A stretch of 64,000 bases of DNA, from assembly GCA_963546435.1 (NCBI GenBank), contig CAUUMU010000001.1, forward strand, positions 231 through 64,230, written 5' to 3'. The DNA is from an uncultured Candidatus Saccharibacteria bacterium (GTDB lineage Bacteria > Patescibacteriota > Saccharimonadia > Saccharimonadales > Saccharimonadaceae). Shown piece after piece: positions 58,203 to 64,000 of the stretch; within the stretch, counting starts at the first letter, position 1; each line of letters opens with the position of its first letter. Position numbers and translations under genes: made by a program. The notes below the pieces were generated by a model. That model did no database searches, had not been told where the DNA came from, and saw nothing but the letters and a program-made list of their open reading frames with translations.

Positions 58203-59257
58203 GCCGTCATAAACTCATCGATATCGCCATCCAGTACCCCTTGGGTGTTGCGGTTCTCGTGCTTGGTGCGGGTATCTTTGACTAGTGTATACGGATGCAA
58301 GACGTAGTTTCTGATCTGGCTACCCCAGTTGGCTGACTCGCCGGCCCTGAGGTCAGACAGGGTTTCGGCGTGCTGCTCCAGCTTCATCGCGAGCAACTTG
58401 GAGCGCAAAATCTTCAGCGCCGTTTCTTTGTTCTGAATCTGCGAACGCTCATTCTGAATCGCCACGGTAATGCCCGTCGGCACGTGCGTCACCCGCACCG
58501 CCGAGTCAGTGGTATTCACACCCTGGCCACCCTTACCGCCCGAGCGATACACATCAATCCTTAGATCACTCAGGTCAATCGCAATTTCATCCGGTGTATC
58601 AATTTTTGGCAGCACCTCCACCAGTGCAAAGCTAGTCTGGCGCAAATTATCAGCATTAAACGGACTGAGGCGCACCAGCCGGTGCACGCCATTTTCTGAA
58701 CGCAATTTACCATAGGCAAACGGCCCAGAAATCTCCAGCACCGTCGTCTTTATCCCGGCATCATCATTGGTCGAGCGCTCCAGCGTGTCGACTTTCATCC
58801 CCGACCGCTCCGCCCAACGCAGATACATCCGCTCCAGCATCGCCGCAAAGTCCTGAGCATCCAGCCCGCCTACACCGGCCGAAATCCGCACCACCGCCTC
58901 ACGGTTGTCGTATGGGCCGCTGAACAATAGATCAGTCTTGCGCCAGGTAAATTCTTGCTCTAATGCCGCCACCTGCGCCTCAAACTCCGGCAACAAATCG
59001 TCATCGCCCAGCTCCATCAACTCAGCGATATCCGCTAGCTGCACCCCCAGCGTCTGCCACGGCTCAACTGTCTGGCGCAAGCTAGCCGCCTTTTTGGCCA
59101 GCGCCTGCGCCTCGTCCGGATTATGCCAAATCTCCGGCTGATTAAGCCGCTCGTCCAGCGCCGCCAGCTCTTGCTCCAGCACCGCAAAATCCAGCGCCGC
59201 CTTGGCCTGTTCTACTTCTGACTGCAGAGTTTGGATGCGTTTTTTGAGTGGTTGCAT
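58178..59257 (-). CDS. prfB: peptide chain release factor 2
   Basis: SPF and GGQ motifs; WGSQIRNYV. Confidence 0.95.
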   Translation of the reverse strand: MQPLKKRIQTLQSEVEQAKAALDFAVLEQELAALDERLNQPEIWHNPDEAQALAKKAASLRQTVEPWQTLGVQLADIAELMELGDDDLLPEFEAQVAALEQEFTWRKTDLLFSGPYDNREAVVRISAGVGGLDAQDFAAMLERMYLRWAERSGMKVDTLERSTNDDAGIKTTVLEISGPFAYGKLRSENGVHRLVRLSPFNADNLRQTSFALVEVLPKIDTPDEIAIDLSDLRIDVYRSGGKGGQGVNTTDSAVRVTHVPTGITVAIQNERSQIQNKETALKILRSKLLAMKLEQHAETLSDLRAGESANWGSQIRNYVLHPYTLVKDTRTKHENRNTQGVLDGDIDEFMTAYLRESRG

Positions 59258-59296
59258 GGATATATTTTAGCAGATATCAGCATGTGTAAGATATAT

Positions 59297-59749
59297 CTAC
59301 ATGACAGCCGGAGGGTTACGGCTGATTATCGCCTTTACAATCGCTGTAGGTTTGCTAGTTGTAGTTGTAATTGCGTCTCTCAGTCCTTCTTGAGCCAGTA
59401 CAAGCTGCTTTTTTCGATCGCCTAGTCTCTTTTTTATATATGCTACAAAGTCTCTCCACTTGTGTATCTCCTCACGACCGACGATATTCACATCTGCTAC
59501 AAATATTACACCTTCCATAAACTTATCATGCTCTTGAATGCGCGATTCAATCTCACTAAGGTAATATTTAATCTCTTCATTAACCTTATTGAGGTCGCCA
59601 TAGAGAATACTCATCACGAGAGATGGATAATAACCCCTCAAATAACCCGCCAACCTTTCCCGCAACTCCGGAGTATCTTTAAACTCCAATTTACCATTGC
59701 CACTACCCTGTTCGATATTATTGCTTTCCCCTGGGTTTATTTTCTCCAC
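59297..59749 (-). CDS. hypothetical protein
   Basis: GTG start with AAGGAG RBS. Confidence 0.6.
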   Translation of the reverse strand: MEKINPGESNNIEQGSGNGKLEFKDTPELRERLAGYLRGYYPSLVMSILYGDLNKVNEEIKYYLSEIESRIQEHDKFMEGVIFVADVNIVGREEIHKWRDFVAYIKKRLGDRKKQLVLAQEGLRDAITTTTSKPTAIVKAIISRNPPAVM

Positions 59750-59857
59750 AATAAACTCCTCTTCATCTTTCCTGCCAGTATATCCTTAGCTCCAGCCTTT
59801 CGCAAGCATATCCATAATCACCCCTTCTTTCAACACAAAACATGCTATACTACCCCT

Positions 59858-60397
59858 ATGCATCAAGATATCGCTACCATCCTCGTAACTACTGAACAAA
59901 TTAATGATACTGTGGCGCGGCTGGGCCGAGAACTGACCAGCGAATACCGCGACAAGAATCCGCTGGTCATCGGCGTCCTGCGCGGTGCAGCACCATTCAT
60001 GATCGATCTGGTACGCGCCATGGATTGCTATATGGAAATCGATTTCATTGATGTCTCTAGCTACGGCGACGCGACTGAATCATCCGGTGCGGTCACCATT
60101 CTCAAAGACATCGACAGCGACGTTGCTGGGCGGCATATTTTGCTGGTCGAAGACATCGTCGATACCGGTCGAACGTTGGAAAGGTTGCTAGAATTATTCT
60201 CTGGTCGCGGTGCGTCCTCAATCAAAGTCTGCTCACTACTCGACAAACCCGAACGACGTATCGCCAACGTTACCGCCGATTACGTCGGCCTGTCCGTCCC
60301 CAACGAATTCGTCGTCGGCTACGGCCTAGATTTCCGCCAACAATACCGAAACCTACCGTATATCGGAGTGTTGAAGCCTGAGGTATATCAGGGATAA
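59858..60397 (+). CDS. hpt: hypoxanthine phosphoribosyltransferase
   Basis: [25 protein letters not shown]. Confidence 0.95.
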   Translation: MHQDIATILVTTEQINDTVARLGRELTSEYRDKNPLVIGVLRGAAPFMIDLVRAMDCYMEIDFIDVSSYGDATESSGAVTILKDIDSDVAGRHILLVEDIVDTGRTLERLLELFSGRGASSIKVCSLLDKPERRIANVTADYVGLSVPNEFVVGYGLDFRQQYRNLPYIGVLKPEVYQG

Positions 60398-61755
60398 AGC
60401 TTCTCCACCGCCGCCACAAATTGCTCGCCGCGGTCGACGTAATTTTTGAACATGCCAAAGCTAGCGGCCGCTGGACTGAGGATGACAACATCACCCGGGC
60501 GAGATAATTGATTGGCTTGGGCGACGACATCCACCATCGTTGTCTGGCCGAGCACTACTATCGTCGCCGTGACCGATGCTTGGCGCAGCGACTGTTCAAT
60601 CTTTGCCGCATTTGCCCCGATAATGATCACCGCCCGCACCGCTTGTTTGGTAATCTCCGTGGCCATTTCATCATAATCCGCCCCTTTATCGTACCCGCCG
60701 ATGACCAACACTTTCGGCGCCTCAAACGCCCGCAGCGCCGCGATGGCACTGCCTGGCGTGGTAGCGATACTGTCATCGTAATACTTCACGCCGTTTTTCT
60801 CAGCAACGAATTTTAATCGATGCGGCAATCCCGTAAAACTCTCTAGTCCAGCCGCGTACTGCTCGTCGGTCACTGTGATCGGCAATTCTGTCACCGCGCT
60901 CATCGCCGCACACGCATTCTCGAGGTTGTGCGCGCCCGGCAGCCGTAAATGATCGGTGCGACAAATCCGCCGATCTTGCACACAGAAGTAACCATCCCGG
61001 ACATACACCTGATCCTCGTCAGGGACAGCATAGCGGTACGCGAAATTTAACTCATCATCTCCGCAGTATTCGCTACATGTCTCACAGTCACACCCATACA
61101 ACGGCCTATCAAGCGGCGCGGTGGCTACCTCCCGTGAGTATTTATTCGTTGGGTGATATAAACATATACCATCCTGTTGGTGACGATGAATATTTTTCTT
61201 GGCATCGAGGTACTCAGCAAAATCCGTATGTACCTCCAAATGATCCGGCTCGATCATCAACACCACGGCAATGGTCGGCGATTTCTTGAGATCCCACAGC
61301 TGAAAACTTGATAGCTCATAGACAACGAAGTCGTCCTTTGTGATGTTTGGTAGCGCGTCCAGTGCCGGCACACCAATATTCCCCACCAAATGCACCGTCT
61401 GACCGGCCGCCCGCAAGATTGCAGCGATCAGACTACAAGTCGTACCCTTACCTTTCGTCCCCGTCACGCCGATAATCGGCGCTGGGCATTTGTCGAAAAA
61501 CTCATTGGTCGCCGACCATATTCTGCCCGACGTTTTGAGTAGCCGCGGTGACACACCCGGTGCTCGCACCACCATATCGGCATCCTGCAGCTGCTCGGCA
61601 AACACTGACTCACCAGTCCGCACTGCCACGCCATCCGGCACATTCTCGACCGCTTTCTGGTCAGCAATCACAAACTCGGCATCAGGAAAAGCCTGCTGAA
61701 AATATCTCAAACTTGATATACCCTCAAGGCCATAGCCAGCGATAATGATCTTCAT
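60388..61755 (-). CDS. murD: UDP-MurNAc-L-Ala:D-Glu ligase
   Basis: [31 protein letters not shown]. Confidence 0.93.
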   Translation of the reverse strand: MKIIIAGYGLEGISSLRYFQQAFPDAEFVIADQKAVENVPDGVAVRTGESVFAEQLQDADMVVRAPGVSPRLLKTSGRIWSATNEFFDKCPAPIIGVTGTKGKGTTCSLIAAILRAAGQTVHLVGNIGVPALDALPNITKDDFVVYELSSFQLWDLKKSPTIAVVLMIEPDHLEVHTDFAEYLDAKKNIHRHQQDGICLYHPTNKYSREVATAPLDRPLYGCDCETCSEYCGDDELNFAYRYAVPDEDQVYVRDGYFCVQDRRICRTDHLRLPGAHNLENACAAMSAVTELPITVTDEQYAAGLESFTGLPHRLKFVAEKNGVKYYDDSIATTPGSAIAALRAFEAPKVLVIGGYDKGADYDEMATEITKQAVRAVIIIGANAAKIEQSLRQASVTATIVVLGQTTMVDVVAQANQLSRPGDVVILSPAAASFGMFKNYVDRGEQFVAAVEKLYP

Positions 61756-61780
61756 AGGTTTATTATAGCATTGAGCACTA

Positions 61781-63058
61781 CTAAAACAGCCCTTCAAGCT
61801 TCTCCTGCAGCCGCCCGAGCAGTTCTTTGTCACCGCTACTCACGCCAGCAAGCACCCAAGTATTTGCTGCAAAAAACTCTCGCGCCACCCGAACAATTTG
61901 GTCAGCGGTCACCGCCAAAATTGCTGTCGGTACGCCCTCATAATCCTTGACGAAATCGTCAGCAAAATAACGACCGGTATAAAAATTACTGATTTGGGCC
62001 ACCGTCTGCGCCCCCATCTGATAGCGACCCAGCGCATACGATTTGGCATTCTCGATATCCTCCGAGGTGATCGTCCCGTTCAGCACCCGACGCAGCTCCC
62101 GCACAATGATATCAAACAGCGCCTCTGCCGTCTCGAGGTTGACCTGACCGCCAAAGTCCCACGCCGAATCATGAAACCCGACCGAAGTATCGCTAAACAC
62201 ACCATACGCCAACCCTTTCTTGCGCGCCGCCCCAAAAATCCGCGAACTCATCGTCCCGGTCAAGATATGATCCAAGCAACCCATAGCATCAGAATCCTCA
62301 TCGCTCAGCTCGCGCGGTAGATTCATCGACCAGCCAAATGTCAGATTCGAGGCCTCCTTGCGGCGGATAAAAATCGGTGCAGCACTCGACAGTTTATCGT
62401 GCGGAATAGCAAATCGCTCGCCCGGCTCTAGCTGCCACTGCTCCAGCGATTCACGAATCGTCGCCATCCGCCCAGTCAACTTACCAGCCACCACAAACCG
62501 CATATTATTGAGCGTATGCGTCCGCCGATGATGCTCCTTAATATCCTTTAGAGTAATCGCGTCAATCGTTTTCAGTCGCTGATTATACGTCAAAATATCC
62601 TCACCCAGCGCTTGCTGCACCCGCGGCCACATCACGCGGTTGTGATTATTAAGATAACCGGTCAGCTCACTCCGAACATTGCCTTTCTCGGCCTCTAGTT
62701 CCTCGGCGTTAAAGCGCGGCGTGGTGATCGCCAGCCGCTGCAATTCCAAAATCCGATCCCATTCAAAATCCGCACAGGCCGCCTCGTACACCATCGAATA
62801 ATCAGAGGTGAACGCATTATGGTACGCGCCATTCTTGGTAAACTCCTGTTCATACGCGTACTCCGAACGAAACTTCTCATTCGCCCCAAACGCCATGTGC
62901 TCCATGATGTGCGCCGTCTCGTAGATGTCCTTGCCGCGAACGTAGCGATTGCCCGCCCGAAACTGCACCTGAAAGCTCATCACCGTCGCATCCGGCACGT
63001 CAATGAACAGGCCTTTCGCACCATTTTTCAATTTTATTTCTTTGACCGTATGTTTCAT
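61781..63058 (-). CDS. M16 (pitrilysin) family peptidase
   Basis: HIMEH (HxxEH), NAFT, R..KGLAY. Confidence 0.88.
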   Translation of the reverse strand: MKHTVKEIKLKNGAKGLFIDVPDATVMSFQVQFRAGNRYVRGKDIYETAHIMEHMAFGANEKFRSEYAYEQEFTKNGAYHNAFTSDYSMVYEAACADFEWDRILELQRLAITTPRFNAEELEAEKGNVRSELTGYLNNHNRVMWPRVQQALGEDILTYNQRLKTIDAITLKDIKEHHRRTHTLNNMRFVVAGKLTGRMATIRESLEQWQLEPGERFAIPHDKLSSAAPIFIRRKEASNLTFGWSMNLPRELSDEDSDAMGCLDHILTGTMSSRIFGAARKKGLAYGVFSDTSVGFHDSAWDFGGQVNLETAEALFDIIVRELRRVLNGTITSEDIENAKSYALGRYQMGAQTVAQISNFYTGRYFADDFVKDYEGVPTAILAVTADQIVRVAREFFAANTWVLAGVSSGDKELLGRLQEKLEGLF

Positions 63059-63091
63059 CTATCTGTCGCTCTCTGCCCACCGGTTTTAGAT

Positions 63092-64000
63092 TTATTTGCG
63101 GTTCTTTTTGCGGTTTTGGCGCTGTGCTTTTTTCTTCTTGCGTGCTTGGTTTTTGGCACGGTTCGACTCAGCGTTAGATTTACCCTTTTTCACTGAAAAG
63201 TCACCGTCGCGATTTTCCTCGCCCGCACCAACTTCATTAACACCACGCTCAACTGCGCTTTCCGCTAGGCGCGTTAGCTCGGTATCATACTCATCATCCT
63301 GCGACTGGCGAATCACTGCGTCAGATTTATGAATATGAAAAATTGTGTTCAGAACTTCGTTACGCAGATTTTCCTGGAGGCTGGTGAACAATTTTTGTGA
63401 CTCCGCCCGGTATTCTACCAATGGATCGCGCTGCCCAACGCTGCGCCAGTGGATCCCTTCGCGTAGGTGTTGCATATTCTCTAGGTGCTGCATCCACAGG
63501 GTGTCGAGCACCGCCATATACACCTCGCGCTCCACGCCGCGCAACTCTTCAGTACCGATTTCTTCATCTTTTTCCCGGTAGGCCTGGTGTGCTAGTTTCA
63601 GGGCTTTTTGGAGGCGTGGACGGTCTTTTTTCTCGCGGCCAACCTTGCGCACGGCCGCTTCATCGACTGGAAGGGCCGACGTAAATTCCTCAATAAACTT
63701 CGGATTGTTTTTGGTCGGTAGCGTCACTAATTCTTTGACTCTATCTCGCAACAACCGCTCAATTTCCGGCTGAATATTATCGCCTTCAAGGATTTTTCGC
63801 CGCATCGTGTAGACCACGCGGCGATGACGATTAATCACGTTGTCGTACTGAACAACATTTTTACGCGTATCAAAGTTGTAACCCTCGACACGTTTCTGAG
63901 CCGCCTCCAGGGTCTTTGACACCGCACGGTTTTGAATTGGCGTTTCCTCGTCGACTCCCAGCCGGTCCATCAACGCCGCGATGCGCTCGCCCTGGAAAAT
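63092..64000 (-). CDS. secA: SecA, C-terminal part (partial)
   Basis: AQKRVEG.NFD.RK....YD, W..HL..M..LR.GI, QRDPLVEY. Confidence 0.95.
   Translation of the reverse strand: MFQGERIAALMDRLGVDEETPIQNRAVSKTLEAAQKRVEGYNFDTRKNVVQYDNVINRHRRVVYTMRRKILEGDNIQPEIERLLRDRVKELVTLPTKNNPKFIEEFTSALPVDEAAVRKVGREKKDRPRLQKALKLAHQAYREKDEEIGTEELRGVEREVYMAVLDTLWMQHLENMQHLREGIHWRSVGQRDPLVEYRAESQKLFTSLQENLRNEVLNTIFHIHKSDAVIRQSQDDEYDTELTRLAESAVERGVNEVGAGEENRDGDFSVKKGKSNAESNRAKNQARKKKKAQRQNRKKNRK

Overview
64 kb of a small, gene-dense bacterial chromosome. The gene content and style fit Saccharibacteria (TM7, Patescibacteria/CPR); this is my inference, not a database result. Supporting features are a reduced dcw cluster, an alpha2-type GlyRS, a CPR-type VirD4-like ATPase, a sigma-r4/HARE-HTH protein and many orphan ORFs. 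Core genes include pth, dprA, topA, mraZ-rsmH-ftsL-ftsI-mraY-ftsW-murG-ftsQ-like, rnhA, lysA, glyQS, recO, xseAB, rpmA, ftsEX, prfB, hpt, murD and partial secA. I found no rRNA, tRNA, CRISPR array or transposase. Best leads: (1) a metal-homeostasis island with a stand-alone nicotianamine synthase divergent from a Fur/Zur regulator, flanked by a duplicated operator; (2) palindromic DNA elements inserted in frame in topA and a methyltransferase; (3) several long structured non-coding regions, one with a perfect promoter and terminator; (4) pervasive leaderless gene starts. All RNA pairings were read by eye, not folded computationally. Product calls come from motif recognition only.
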